Positions 1 through 14,412 of a DNA stretch of 64,000 bases are shown piece by piece (positions within the stretch are counted from its first letter, which is position 1; every line of letters starts with the position of its first letter). This stretch comes from the human T2T-CHM13v2.0 reference genome, Homo sapiens. Location of the stretch: the NCBI RefSeq assembly GCF_009914755.1, contig NC_060930.1. The stretch is one strand, 5' to 3'. The notes beneath the pieces were generated by a model. The model was not told where the DNA came from. It made no database searches and saw only the letters and a program-made list of their open reading frames with translations. The translations under genes and the position numbers were made by a program.

Positions 1-437
<437 letters not shown>

Positions 438-1626
438 CCTCAATTCTTGATTTCTGTGTACCTGTAGGCTCAACACCACATGGAAGCTACCAAGGCTTGG
501 AGTTTCCACCCTCTGAAGCAACAGCTCGAGCTGTACCTTGGCCCTTTTTAGTCATGGCTGGAGTGACTAGGATGCAGGACACTAAGTCCCTAGACTGCAC
601 ACAGCAGAGGGACCCCAGGATCAGACCAGGGAACCATTTTTCCTGCTAAGCCTCTGGATGTATGATGGAAGGGGCTGAAGCAAAGGCCTCTGACATACCC
701 TGGAAACATTTTCCCCATTGTTGTGGTGATTAACATTCAGCTCGTCATTACTTACACAAATTTCTGGAGCCAGCTTGAATTTCTCCTAAGAAAATGGGAT
801 TTTCTTTTCTATTACAAGGTTAGTCTGCAAATTTTCCAAACTTTTAGGCTCAATTTCCCTTGTAAAACTAAATGCCTTTAACAGCACCCGAGTCAGATTT
901 TGAATACATTTTGCTGATTAGAAATTTCTTCCACCAGATATTCTAAATCATCTCTATGAAGTTCAAAGTTCCACAGATCTCTAGGGCGGGGGCAAAATGC
1001 TGCTAGTCTCTTTGCTAAAACATAACAACAGTCAACTTTGTTCCATTTCCCAACAAGTTCCTAATCTCCATCTGAGACCACCTCAGCCTGGATTTCATTG
1101 TCCATGCCATTATCAAAGTCATTCAACAAGTCTCTAGGGACTTCCAAACTTTCCCACATTTTCCTGTTGTCTTCTGAGCTCTCCAAACTATTCCAACCTC
1201 TGCCTGTTACCCAGTTCCATTGTTGCTTCCACATTTTTGAGTATCTTTTCAGCTCCTCTACTGGTACCAATTTACTGAATTAGTCCATTTTCATGCTGCG
1301 ATAAAGACATACTTGAGACTGGGAAATTTACAAAAGAAAGAGATTTAATGAACTTACAGTTCCGTGTCATTGGGGAGGCCTCACAATCATGGCAGAAGGC
1401 AAGGAGGATCAGGTCACATTTTACATAGATCACAGCAGGCAAAGAGAGAGCTTGTGCAGGGAAACCCCTTTTTAAAACCACCAGATCTCATGAAACTTAT
1501 TCACTATAATGAGAACAGCACCGGAAAGACCTGCCCCCATGATTCAATTACCTCTCATAGGGTCCTTCCCACAACATGTGGGAATTCAAGATGAGATTTG
1601 GGTGGGGACACAGACAAATCCTATCA
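438..1626 (-). mobile_element. THE1 (B/C-type) MaLR: 5' LTR 1276-1626 plus internal region 438-1275
   Basis: Diagnostic LTR ends (tgaattagtccattttcatgctg ... gagatttgggtggggacacag..atca) and THE1-internal sequence. Confidence 0.9.
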
Positions 1627-1721
1627 TACTTTAAATGATGGAAAAAAAGAGCCTGATGCAAGATCGCAAGCTCTTTATTACTCATTGATCTTGGGGCTTA
1701 ACCTAAGAATGAAGAAAAAGA

Positions 1722-2156
1722 TGCAATAAACTAAGTTAAGTCTCTCCAAAATTTATGTGTTGACGTCTTAACTCCCAGTGTGAAGGTATTTGAATACAGG
1801 GCACTTGTGAGATAATTAGAGTTACATTAGGTAATAAGGGTAGGGCCCTTGTGATAGAATTAGTGGCCTTATAAGAAAAGGAAGATAGTTCTCTTTCTTC
1901 TCTTTCTCATCCTCTGTCTTTCTCATTCACCCACTAGACTTTGCCAAGTGTACACAGTGAAGAAAGCCCATGTAAGGACATAGTGAGAAAACAGCTACCC
2001 ACATACAAGCCAGGAATAGAGTTCTCACCAGGAACTAAATTGGCCAGCACCTTGATCTTGTATTTCCAGCCTCCAAAACTTTGAGAAAAAAAGTTCTGTT
2101 GTTTAAGCTACCTAGTCTATGATACTTTGTTATGGTATCTTGAAGTAACTAAAACA
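1722..2156 (+). mobile_element. MLT1A-type LTR
   Basis: cagcaccttgatcttg..ttccagcctccaaaact..gtttaagcta motifs. Confidence 0.8.
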
Positions 2157-2965
2157 AAAGGGTAATAATGGAAATGGTCAGATAGGTTTGGTGGAATCCT
2201 AGCATGTGGTGTTTTATTAGTTTTTGATTCTCAGGAAATGGCTTGAGAAAACTAAAAGTTTCCTAGAGAAGCCTTAAGGTTATGACATAGCCAGGTTAAC
2301 AGTACCATATTATGCATGTGGCATAGTAGCTGATGAAGGAGTCTCTGTAGATAGGCCTAAGATAGCACCCATACATCTCCACATCATTTTTAGAATCCAG
2401 AAGTTTTCACCTCCCTATTGGAGGATGCATAAAGGTAAAAGGAGTGGTGGACATGATTACTCCTGGCTTTGAAGAGAGGAGGCAACAGTTTTGGAACTTC
2501 CTGATCAGAGGTTATGGCAATCAAGACAAGAGTAGTAGATGTAAAATGAGCCTTTTAACATATGGGGACCTACTGTACTTCAGAAAAGGCCCAAAGAAGG
2601 CAAGGCTATATCAGGCATGACTCAGTAATCATCAGGGTGGGGCACCAAGGGATAACACTGACTCTGCCGGAAAATATGTATAAATGATAAAACTTAACAA
2701 AGAGCCTGTGGATTAGATAAGAGTCTATCTTGCCTTGAGGCAAGAGGATGAGTACATTTCTGCCTTCATTCTGGAATATTTGTGAGATATCAGAGAGAGG
2801 GGAAGACCATCTGAGAGATGATAATGGCTCTGCCTTGGGACCTTTAAATGCTGAATAGACTATGAAAACAAGAGAACTCTTCTGCCTGTAGTTGAAATAG
2901 GGGCATGAAAGCATGTCAGATAAGAAAAATAAGGTCACTTTATTTTTGCACATTGAATTCATAGT

Positions 2966-3359
2966 TGTCTTAGCTCAGGTTGCCATACCAAAATATCATA
3001 GTCTAGGTGGTTTAAACAATATAAATGTTATTTTTTCACAGTTCTGGTAACTGGAAGCCAAGTGTCAAAGTTCCGAGGTTCCAGTGAGGACTCTTCCCAG
3101 CTTACAGATGACTGCCTTCTTGCTATGTCCCACATGGCCTCACAGTGCTAAGTGCATGTACTTAGAGAGATAGAAAAAAATATCTGGTGTCTTTTCCGCT
3201 TCTTATAAAGATATCAGTTCTATTGAATTAGGACCCCGCACTTGTGGTTTCATTTAACCTTAATTACTTCTTTAGAGGTCCCATATCCAGTACAGTCACA
3301 TCAGGGTTAGGGCTTCAACATAAGAGTTTGGGTAGTACAAAAATACTCATCACGTAACA
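2966..3359 (-). mobile_element. MLT1A0-type LTR
   Basis: tgtcttagctcaggttgccata ... gttagggcttcaacata. Confidence 0.8.
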
Positions 3360-3375
3360 ATCATATGTAAGTAAC

Positions 3376-3800
3376 TATATTAATTTGGCTTTTCCTGAAA
3401 GCAGAGTGTGAGACTAGAACTTACACAATTTCCTTAAGAGACGAGGAATGAGACAGGAATTTTGTGAAATGAGCTCAGAAAACAGAAGTAAGAGAGTGGA
3501 AAGAGTGAAACAGGAAAAGTCAATAGAAGGTGCACTAGGATGCTGTTGGGCAAGAGACTTCTTTCAGCCAAGGTATCTAAGAACTGCACAAAATACCCCA
3601 GAATTTTCAATCTGAAAGATGAGAGATTGGAACACTTATCTACCCTCGCCCATCTCATTGTTTGAAGGCTCAACTTACAGAAGTTTGAAATGCCCTTGTG
3701 CAGTGGCCATGTAATCTTCCTCTAAGTAGAGAAGGTCTTAGTACAGAATGAGGAAAGACATACAATACAAACTTGGGGCCGGATACTGATCCCTAGAGCA
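3376..3800 (-). mobile_element. Old ERVL LTR (LTR16/LTR33-like)
   Basis: The terminus ttggcttttcctgaaagcagagtgtgagac resembles ERVL LTR ends. Confidence 0.4.
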
Positions 3801-4062
3801 GGTGAGCTGGAACTTCCACTAGCACTGCTGCTGGTGTCAGAGTTAAGCCAAAATATTGTGACAAGCACTAGAGACATCTGTATCATATTGATCCTTGTTA
3901 AATGAAAGTAAGAAGTAAATTGGCTTATACTAAGCTCCATATTAATTCCATGTAATGGGTACAATTATAATTAAAAATCATATTGTCTTTCAAAATTGGG
4001 GGAATGGTTTTAGTGTGGTGTAAGAGTGGCAGTGTATAGAAAATAGAAAGAATGGATGTGGA

Positions 4063-4565
4063 TTTCAGTTACCTATTACTGCTTAAAGGCTTGAAGCAAT
4101 ATTTAATTTTTATTTCTCATGATTCTGTGGTACTGAACTCTTCTGCCCCTCTTGATTTTGGCTGGGGCTGCAGTCTTCTGAGGCCTCATGGGCTTGCAAT
4201 GACCCAACATGGTTCCCCCACCTGGCTGGCAGTTGATGCTGGCTGTCAGTTCTTCCAAAAGTTGGATGGAGCTGTTTACTAGAGCACATATGCATAGCCC
4301 CTCTCCGTGGCTTGGGCTTCACATTGTATGGCATCTGGGTTTAAAGAAGTATCCTAAAAAGGAAGAAGCTAAATCTGCCAGATTTTCATAATGCTTACAA
4401 GCAGAACGTTAGTTCCTTTGCCATGTACTGTTCAAAAAAGTCAAAGGAAGACCACCTGGATGCAGTGAGAAAGACATACATTTTACCTTTTGATGGAAGA
4501 GCAGCACGCATGCACAGGAAATAATGTAATTATTTGCAGCCATCTTTCTGTTTTAGTTACCACAG
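4063..4565 (-). mobile_element. MLT1 (H/I-like) LTR
   Basis: ggctggcagttgatgctggctgtc and cagccatcttt motifs. Confidence 0.65.
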
Positions 4566-5129
4566 TAGAAAAACAGGATATGTAGATATTTCATGAGAAT
4601 TAATTAATGAGCAATTCCTCTCAAGTTCCAATGATTTGGTTAATATTGTGCTTGATCATCTATTCATAGGGGCAGTTTTGGAGGAATGACAGCCTTTTCT
4701 ACACTCAGTAAGGGTGACGAGGGAGTACCCCAAAAGAATTGGGATTGAAACTTACATTAGAGTCCCCGGCATGATTTTTAAACAATGCAGATTCTTGGAT
4801 GGAAGATGCTTAGTGAATCATGGCCTTTAGAATTGTCCAAGATATTGGTGTTTTTAATAATCCACACTAGATATCTATGCTAAGAATATCCAGCAAGTGG
4901 AATTCTGTGTCTTCAGTCTAGGGCAAAAAATAACCCTGGGGAATAACAGCTGCTTTGTAAATTAAAAGCTCGGGTAGACATTTCAGATAGCATTATTGAA
5001 TACATGTGTGAAATTTTGGAGTTAGAGAGCAGTGATCTTGGAATCAGTCCAGAGAGCAAACAGAAGGAAAAAAAGATATGATAAGTTTAGATTAACTAAT
5101 CCGGAGTCTAGAAAGGGACCGAACTGTCA

Positions 5130-5350
5130 AATATTTGAATATCACACTGAAGAGTGAGCTTCGTCCTGAAATTAAATGGGAATCACTGTAAGTTTGTAGC
5201 AGGCATTGTCATAATTAGATACATGATTTAGAAAAGTTTATACTGTCTACAGTGTAGGCAATGAATCAGAGAATAAGAGACATAGATACCTGCTAAGAAG
5301 GTATAGTAGCAAAGAATGTGAGAATGGATAATGGTCTAAACTAAGTCAGT
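5130..5350 (-). mobile_element. L2 fragment
   Basis: Degenerate L2 motif (gggaatcactg..ttagaaaagttt..ctacagtgtagg). Confidence 0.55.
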
Positions 5351-7889
5351 GACCCACATGAATAAAGGTAATTAAGCTATTGGTGTTGCTTAAGTGGGAA
5401 TAAAGCACTTTCCTTGTGCAACGATTTGCACTTCGATTAATTGTTCTACAAGGACACTCGTCCAATACAGAAACACAGGTGAATATATATAATGCCTTGT
5501 TCATCTACAATCTTTTAAAAAATATTCTCTGTGTTTCTAGGTTTCACGGAAAACTATAGAATTAGGTATAAAAGCATCAGACGCATTTTTTTTTTTAAAG
5601 AAGACTTGGCTATTTTTCTTTCTGTTGCATTTCCAAAAGCACATCAGTTGTCAATGTTCTGAGAAGGATACAAAGCCTATCTTTTCAGCTGATTTTATGG
5701 ATAAGTAAAGCCACACCCCATTTGTTTCACTTTGTTTTTCCTATTCCCTTTATGGAACTTTAGGTGGTGTAACCATAAAGTAATGGTTTTCTTATGTGGC
5801 TCGTAAACTAACTCTGAACGCAATTCCAAAAGAGATTCAACACAGTTAAGAGCTATGGCAGCACTGCTAAAATGGAGTAGAGGCTCCTCAGGTGATTGCT
5901 TTGAAGGGGGCAACAGTCATTAAAATGTATTTCTCTGGTATGTTGGTTTTAAAAGCACGCTTTCCTTTATCTTGACCTTCATATACCCACTGATTTTCTA
6001 GGCATTCCATGAGGATTTATTAAGTAATTTTTGGTTATACCTTATTTTAAAGGAAAAAGAATTATATCAAGGAACCTGTTTCTTCCCTTTCAGCAAAAGA
6101 CAAATAGGTTTCTGTCTGCAGGGCTTTTGACAACTTCCATATCCCTGATGGACACACAGCAGGCTTGTGGCTCATTTGCACACCCAGGAGAAAAGAATGC
6201 AGGGGAACTAACCACACTGAGCCTAGAACTGCTAAGGGCTAAAAGCAGGATCCGAGCAAATCTTTGGAACAGTCTAAGAAACATGAAATATATGCTGACT
6301 CCAAATGTGTATTTCCGTTCTTTAAAAATGAGGCAGCCCTGATACCTTGAAGAAGAAAGTTAAGAAAAATCAGACATTTTTGTTGAATTGCAGAGGGACG
6401 ATCCACAGAGGTAGTAAATCTATGCCTAACAACTCTAAGCCTTTGCTTCCCTTTCCCATACAGACACACAACAATGAAAATGTTTATTCCTTTTCCTGGT
6501 CTGAGAAACCCCTGGTCACAATCTAAACTTTTTTTTTTTCTCCCACACATGCAAGAGAAGTTGCAAGCACTACCAACATCGTCATTTTATCTCCTTCCAA
6601 ATGCCTTAAGCTTCCACTTTCATCAAGAAAGTCCTAGCTCTAAGCACAGGTAGTATCTCCCCAACCAAACTATAAGAAGCACAAGTGACTCTGGCATTAA
6701 TAACAGTATGATGTCTAAATTATTCTCTCAAAAAGTACTGACTGCAAAAGTAATCAAGTCACAATCTTTATTTTTGCAAACTCCAATATAAGTTTCTGAA
6801 TTTTACCACGCAATTCTCCTCCTAAGTCATTCACTTTTTTGGTAGGTGGAAGCACAATGCCTATTCCTTGTAAAGGTACTCTGTTTCTTCTGGAGTCTTG
6901 GTATCCACTAGAACTAGTGTATACACACTCTTATGACAGTTTTATGTGCCTAAAAGCATGCAGCCAGCCATACCCCTTTTCAATGCTCAAGGGAGAATTG
7001 AGCTTGGCACTAGAAAGTTATTGATAGTAATTATAATGAATTATGTATAGACTGAGATGAGTGCTGTCAAGAAACAGAATTTTTAAAAGCAAAGGCTGGT
7101 ATATTTCAATGCATATGCATTGGGTGGGGGTAAGAAAGCGCAGAAGTATAAATTAACAATAGATGGTTAAAAACTTGCCAGAAAATGAGCCTTTTGTTTG
7201 AAATATCTCTTTATCTTTTTACTTACATGATGAAATGAGATATTCTATGCTGGGAAGATGTAAGAAAGTGACCATAAGCAGCACTAATAATCTGTTCATA
7301 ATGGAGTAATGTAAATATTGCACCTCTTCAATATGCATTCTCATTTTTATGAGTCTATATTTATTTCTTAACATAAAAACTATTTTTTGTCTACTTTATA
7401 AGTTTTAGCTGAGATCCCTAAAGAGCATAAAGTATAAACACAACACAGACACATACACCTATATATACTTCCCATTAACCTCATTTCTCTGATAGCAAAT
7501 CTACGGCAGAGTGATAATAAGGAGTACTTTGAAATGCAAGCACTACATAAGTACAAAGTAGAATTTTTTTTCAAGAGTGGGAGAAGTCATATTAAAAATC
7601 AGGAAGCCGGTAAGATAAGCAAGAAAGATAATTCTAAGGCATATTCAGAGAACAAAGCACACCAGTTTGGATGTTTTCAAAACGGTAATGCCTCTATTAA
7701 AAGAGGTGAAGGGTTTTGAGGAAATACTTTCTTATCAAAAAATTCATTACTATAGAAGTCAGCATAGAAATGTGTTCCCTGTCTGAATTTCTCTTTCCCT
7801 ATCTTATACTGGGGATAAGCTAAAGCTACTCAGAGAGACTAATATTCTCCAGTGAGGTTCTGCCAGACAGAATGTTTTAGCACACCTTA

Positions 7890-8112
7890 GAGAGGGCGTA
7901 TAGACAGTGTTTAAGAGCTTGGACTCTGATGTGGACTGCCTGGGTTTGAATTTCCCTCTGGCACTTACTAGTCCTAAGACAAAGTTAAGTTAGTTAAACT
8001 TTCTGTGCTTCAGTTTTCTCAACCAAGGGTAACATCCACTTTGAAGGTTATTATAATGAATAAAAGACTTAATACATGTGAAGTATTCAAAACCATAACA
8101 CTTAAAGTATTG
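7890..8112 (+). mobile_element. MIR SINE
   Basis: ctgcctgggtttgaat..cacttactag..gcttcagttttctc core. Confidence 0.8.
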
Positions 8113-9269
8113 ACATACATATACACATATTACTAAACACACATTTACATATATACACACATGCATGTGTGCATGTGAGCTCTGTGAGGCCACTACTACA
8201 GAAGCCTCTGTGCCTATAGAAGGCATTTTACAAATCAGAGACTTGAAAAAGTGGCCCAGTGAAGGAATAAAATTTCTTGAGAAAGAATATCTGGAAAATA
8301 TAAAATACATTGAAGTTAGTACTATTTCCCCATGTTTCCTCTTAGTTACTCTTGTTCCAGTTCAGTGCTAAGGAGAGCCAAACTTTGTCATTATCCCAGG
8401 CTGAGTTTGTTCAAAGAAGCTTTGTTCCCTAGGATTTTCTACCCTAGGAATCCCTGTACCTAGGTAACTGGGAAAGTATAGGCTACATTTCAGATGATAG
8501 ACTGAATTTTGCCTTCTTATATGTCACTTTCAGAATCTTTAAGACATTCAGGGATAAAGATGATTATATTTTATCAGACAAATATTGATCATTTTCTTGT
8601 ATTTATAGATTTTTCATGGAAACCAATATCGTTACTCTCCAGTCACAATTTTATTTTCAGATGTTCAACAACCACTTATTGAGGACCAATTAAAGTGTAA
8701 TCACTAATAGGTTTTGGGAGTACATAGATGAAATACTTGCTCTCTACCCTCTCAGAGATGTAAATATAGTAATAATATTGTACAGTGATTCCTGAAGTGT
8801 GCTACAGTGATCCTCAGAATACCAATCCATAATGGCTGAAAAATAAAAATCACATCTTCACAACTTCAAGTTCAGTTAACATATTATAATTTATCCAAGT
8901 AGAATATTGATCAACTGTATACTTTTTAAACAGAAGTGATTCTTAATAATTGACTCTATAGAATATATGATACTAATCAAAGTACTGATGGTAAAATAAA
9001 TTGTTTAGAATATTCACTACCGTTTATTCATGGAAGTTAACAATTATTAATTAATTTATATTTTAGTCTCCTAAAATTTAATTCCATTCAATAAATAGCA
9101 ACTTATCTTACATACTTAAAGATTTCCTTTTCAAAAGACCATGATTACAAATAATATCTTCACTCCCTCCCTATACAGTTCTAGATAGGAAGAAAATATT
9201 TGATCCTGAGATGTTTCCAATTTATATTAGTTTATATGTTACACAATCTTTTATAATTTTTTAAATATT

Positions 9270-9750
9270 TGTATTAGGGTTCTCCAGAGAAACAGAACTA
9301 CTGGGATATTTATATACAGGAATATGTAAGAGGATATTTATTATGAAAATTGGCTTTTATGATGATTGAGGCCAAAAGGTCTCAAAATATGCTGTCTGCA
9401 AGCTGGGGAACCAAAGGCCTGAGGAACAATGGTGAGGACCATTGATGTAAGTTCTGGTATCCTAAGGCCAGAAAACCAAGATCTCTGATGTCTAAGGCCA
9501 GGAGAAGAACAATGTCTGCATGAAAGAGAGTGAATTCATCCTTCCTTTACCATTTTTGCTCTGTCTGGGCTTTCAACGGATTGGATGATGTGCACTCAAA
9601 TTGGTGAGTGCAGATCTTTATTCAGTCTACTGATTGAAATGCTAGTCTCTTTCAAAAACACCCTGACAGACACACCCAGAAGTGTTGTATTACCAACTTT
9701 CTGGTCATCCTTGTACCCAGTCAAGTTAACACACAAAATTAACCATCACA
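9270..9750 (-). mobile_element. MLT2 (ERVL) LTR
   Basis: tgtattagggttctccagagaaacagaac ... caagttaacacacaaaattaaccatcaca. Confidence 0.9.
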
Positions 9751-10099
9751 AGTTTATTTTAATAAATCATATTTACTTTTTGAAAAGCTGCTTTATGAAC
9801 TTGGTACAAAATTGAAAATACATAAAATGGCAATTACTAAGTCTCTAGCTTTCCTGCCTGCATAACTCAGTGAAGCTTTGTGGAAAGACTTTTTGTTCAT
9901 CCTTTTAGAAATAGTCCGTGAATTTAAATACATACATGCACACAACATTTTTAAACATAATTCACAATATAGTATACATATGGTTCTGTACCTTGCTTTG
10001 TCACTGAATGTAATTTGGAAATCTGTCCATAAGTTAGAGTAAGTTAGAGGTGTCTCATTCATTTTAAAGTTTGCACAATGCAGAGGGCACACCTTAGGT

Positions 10100-10678
10100 G
10101 ATTCCTCAGTAAAAATTATTTCTTCCTGTAATCCACTCTGCTCGACTCTATGCAGAACTTGCTTCTAACCAGTAGAATGTGACCTTGACTAGGTTAGATA
10201 ATACAGCTAAGGTGCTAGCATGCCACGTCCATGATTACTTTTTTTAATGAAGACTCTGTCTTGGCAGACTGGAGAAAGAGAGAGCTCCCATTATGACTTT
10301 GAAAAACTATACTGTAATGTCCTGCAAGGGCTTATGAATGGAGCTTATGCTAAGGAACTATAAGCATCCTAGAAGCAGAGGAAGGCCCCAATTAACAAAT
10401 AGCTAGAAAAAAATGACCTTAGCCATATAGCTTCCAGAAATTACCTTTAGCAATAACCCAAATGAGCTTGGAAGCAGAGTTTTCCCAGTGAAAGCTCCAG
10501 ATAAGAACACAGCCTGGCCAACACTTTGATGGCAGCCTTGTGAGACCCTGAACAGAGAATGCAGTAAAGTTATGCCTGGACTCCTGATACATGGAAATTG
10601 TGAGATAATAAATGTGCATTGTATTAAGCCACTAAGTTGGCTTACATTTTTTTTACACAGCAATGGAAAATTAATGCA
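10100..10678 (+). mobile_element. MLT1E-type LTR
   Basis: cagccttgtgagaccctgaacagaga..gagataataaatg..taagccactaag. Confidence 0.8.
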
Positions 10679-10813
10679 TTTGATGTAGTTCCATATGAAG
10701 AAGACTTTATTAGTTTTTGTTTATTTATTTATTTTGAAATTTGAGGGCAGGCAAAAAAGTTGAATTAATAAGACTCACTGTTTTGTGAAATGCTATTATC
10801 ATTAGTCTAAGAC

Positions 10814-11216
10814 TGCAATGATCCGAATGTTGATTTACCCCAAAATGTAGATGTTCGAGCTGAATAAAGTGATAGTGTTAAGCATGTACCCTAAAACTTA
10901 AAGTGTAATAATAATAAAATTAAAAAAAAAAGAGGTGGGGCTTTTAAGGTAATTAGGTCATGAGGGTTCCTCTGTTATGAATAAGGTTAGTATCCTTATA
11001 AAAGAGGCTTGTGGGAGCCTGTTGTCCCTTTTGCCATGTGGGAACACATAGAAGGTGCTATCTATGAAGCAGATAGAGCTTTTCCCTGACACTGAATCTG
11101 CTAGTGCCTTGGTCTTGGGTTTCCCAGCCTCCAGAACTCTAAGCAATACATTTTCATTGTATATAAATTGCCCACTCTAAGCTATTTTCTCATAGCAGCC
11201 AAAGCAGACTAAGACA
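10814..11216 (+). mobile_element. MST (C/D-type) LTR containing a 47-bp L1 tail insertion
   Basis: MST motifs; near-TSD aagac/aaggc. Confidence 0.8.
10883..10929 (+). mobile_element. Extremely 5'-truncated L1PA 3' tip plus poly(A)
   Basis: catgtaccctaaaacttaaagtgtaataataataaaattaaaaaaaa flanked by an AAG duplication. Confidence 0.85.
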
Positions 11217-11279
11217 AAGGCCCTTTTATTAAACTGATTTGGTTAATTTCTTTTAACTATGGTCTTCACTCACATTCTC

Positions 11280-12630
11280 TTTCTATCAATAAGCAACCAT
11301 TCAGATGAGTTTGATGTGTACCTATTTCATTAGATTATATTCTACCAATTATGCACATGTATTTGTAATTTGCCTAGAAATTATTGAGGTATAGATCTGA
11401 CTTTTTTCTTCTCATCATAAATTTTTATGATGGATTCATGTTGCTGTATTAGCTTCTGTTTAGTTGTTTCTAATATCTAATAGAATTCCATGATTTGTTT
11501 ATACCACATTCTTCTTTTGTCTTTCCCCAGTGTTGGATACCTAGAGTGTTTCTTGCTTCTCATTACCACAAACTTTCTTATAGATGAAAGATTATGCTCT
11601 TGTCTATGAATTTCTCTAGGAAATATGCCCAGGAATAAGACTGCAGGACCATAAGATCTTTGCATATTTGATATATCTAGTCTTTACAGATTGACCATCA
11701 GAATGAGAATGGCAGCCATACTATGATATATATATACCTACCAGCAATGCAAAAGTATTCCTGTTTCCCTAACGTCCTGTCATAATCCATCAAAGTTTTA
11801 GCAACCTAGTAGGTACAGAATGGAATCTCACTGTTTTTATGAGTTTCATTTCCTTGATTACTGATGACATTAAGCACAAGTCTACATTCTTGTTAAGCAT
11901 TTGCATTTTGCCTGTCCCTATTATTTGTCTAATATCTGTTTTTTTTCTCTCGATGCATATAAATTCTATATGTATATTCTAGATATTTGTGGAGGAAAAG
12001 TGTGATGAGGTTCTTAACTTACCATAGGACAAATAGAAAAGTTAATTTTGGAAAAATTTCCATGAAGTTGGGAGACTGGCATGTGTTGGTAAACAATTGA
12101 TACCGCCCCACTGAATGATTTGCCTGTCTATATACCCATACCACATTGTCTGTAAGAATAAATATCTTTATTTGTCTTCATGTTTGTCTTAGCTACTGAG
12201 AATTTTCTGATTTTACTGAATTCAACTTGTGAATTTTGAAACACTCTCACAAAAATTATATCAAAATATTTTAGGATTAATTGAATTTGTAGATTAATTG
12301 GGAAGAATTGGTACTTTACAAATATATTAATAAGGTGTGTTTTGTATTTATTTAGAACCACTTTAGTTTCTATTACTGATATTTTGCTATTTTAGTGAAG
12401 AAGACTTATGCATTACTGATGGATTTATTCCTTGGTATTTCATATTAAATTGATACTATTGTTTTTTCTTTTTCTTTCTGTTTTTTGAGATAGGGTCTCA
12501 CTGTCACCCAGCTGGAGTGCAGTGGTGAGATTACAGCTTGCTGCTACCTCAGTCTCCAAGGACTGAATGATCCTCTCACCTCAGCCTTCCTAGTAGCTGG
12601 AGCTACAGACACGTGCCAACACATGGCGCT

Positions 12631-12665
<35 letters not shown>

Positions 12666-13870
12666 AGTGGAGCGAGGTAGAGACAGGATCTCACTATGTT
12701 TTCTAGGCTGGTCTTGAGTTCTTTAGCTTAGGTGGTTCTCCTACCTCAGCCTCCCAAAATGCTGGGATTACAGGCATGAGCCACCATGTTCAGCCTAAAT
12801 TGATACCATTTTAAGTCACGTTTTTTTTCTTAAATTTATGTTCTAATTGTTATTAATATATAGAAATATATTAATTTACCTATATTTACATGATATCTAG
12901 TAATCCTGCTAGGTTCAGTTATTATTTCTAATGTTTTATAAGTTCTTTGGCATTTCCTAAATATATAATCATGTCATCTACAAAAATTTAAATTTTGTTT
13001 TTAAATTTTATACTTTTACTTCTTTTTATTACCTTATTGTTCTGCCTATGATTGTCAGTAAAATTTTGAATAAAAAATCTACAGTGGTTATTTTTGCCTA
13101 TTCCTTGTTTTAAAGGGAAAATATTTAAAATTTCACCTATAAATATGTTCTTAGATTTTTTTTAAGAAAATAAAGTTCTCTTCAACTTTTAACTTGTGGA
13201 GTTTTTTAAAAGCATAAATGAGTGTGTTTATTTTTATTAAGATCTATTTTCTACATTTAGTGAAATGATCATTTGTTATGCTCTTTATTCTGTTGATATT
13301 GTGAATTGTACATACTAATTTTGAACATTAAACAAAATTTTCAATCCTTGAATAAACTTTGTATAGTTAGGATGAATTATTCTTTTTTATATATTGCTAT
13401 ATTCAATTTTTGAATAATATGCTTAAAACTTTTTTGTATATGTTCATGAGATATATTGGTTTGTCAGATCTCTTTGTTCTTATCAGTGTTTAGTGTCAAG
13501 CATATGCCAGACTCATAAAACTAGTTGGAAATTATTCCTTTCTCTTCTATTCCCTTAAATAAGTCATTAAGACTGGTATAATTTTCCTTTTTTAAATGTT
13601 TGAAATAACTTATCAGTGATACCATATGGGCCTTAAAGTTTTCTTTGCATAAATACTTTTACCCACACAATTCAATTACTTTACTAGATATAGGAGAACT
13701 CAGAATTTCCATTTCTTATGGCCAAATGTGGAAGTTTGTATTTTTCAGGGAATTTGTCCATTTTGTTTAGGTTGTCATATTTATTAGAATAATAGTGTCC
13801 AAGACATCATCATATTAACTTTTTAGTATATTGCAGGATTTATGGTAATATCCCTTATCATACATGATAT
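11280..13870 (-). mobile_element. Old L1M fragments (interrupted by AluJ and a unique island at ~11990-12125)
   Basis: Degenerate antisense L1 ORF2/3' sequence. Confidence 0.7.
12461..12795 (-). mobile_element. AluJ with central linker expanded to T31
   Basis: Diverged dimeric Alu; TSD taaattgatac(t/c)att at 12446 and 12796. Confidence 0.9.
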
Positions 13871-13904
13871 TGGTTAGCCAATAACCAGATATGTCAAAAT
13901 GTAA

Positions 13905-14032
13905 GCATTCATTAAATAAATAGTTATTAAACACCTAATATATAGGCCTAGCACTATTATAAATATTGAGAATACATCAGTCAGCAAACCAGACAAAAAT
14001 CTCTGCCCACATGGCATTTGTATTCTAAGGGG
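13905..14032 (-). mobile_element. L2 3' end
   Basis: cattcattaaataaatagttattaaacacct..cagacaaaaatctctgccc. Confidence 0.75.
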
Positions 14033-14194
14033 CTTATATTAAAATCTAAATTTATATTTGCTTCATTTACTTAACTCCAAAGTTAAGTAAACTTAACTTT
14101 TTACTTTGACATTTAACAATATCTAATTTATCCTTCGGTAGGAAAAGGTATCAGATTAATATTAATCAAGACCAGTTTTTTTTCCATTCATGAT

Positions 14195-14412
14195 CATAGT
14201 CATAGAGAGTAGAAGGATGGTTACCAGAAGCTGAGAAGTGTAGTGGGGGGTTGGGAGGGAGGTGGAGTTGATTAATGGGCACAAAAAAATAGAAAGAATG
14301 AATAAGAGCTACTATTTGATAGCACAGTAGGGTGACTGTGGTCAATAATGACTGTATATTTTTAAATATTTTAAGGAATGTAATTGGATTGTTTGTAACT
14401 CAAGAGATAAAT
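14195..14412 (+). mobile_element. L1MA 3' UTR fragment lacking poly(A)
   Basis: catagagagtagaaggatggttaccagaagctg..gtaattggattgtttgtaac. Confidence 0.85.
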
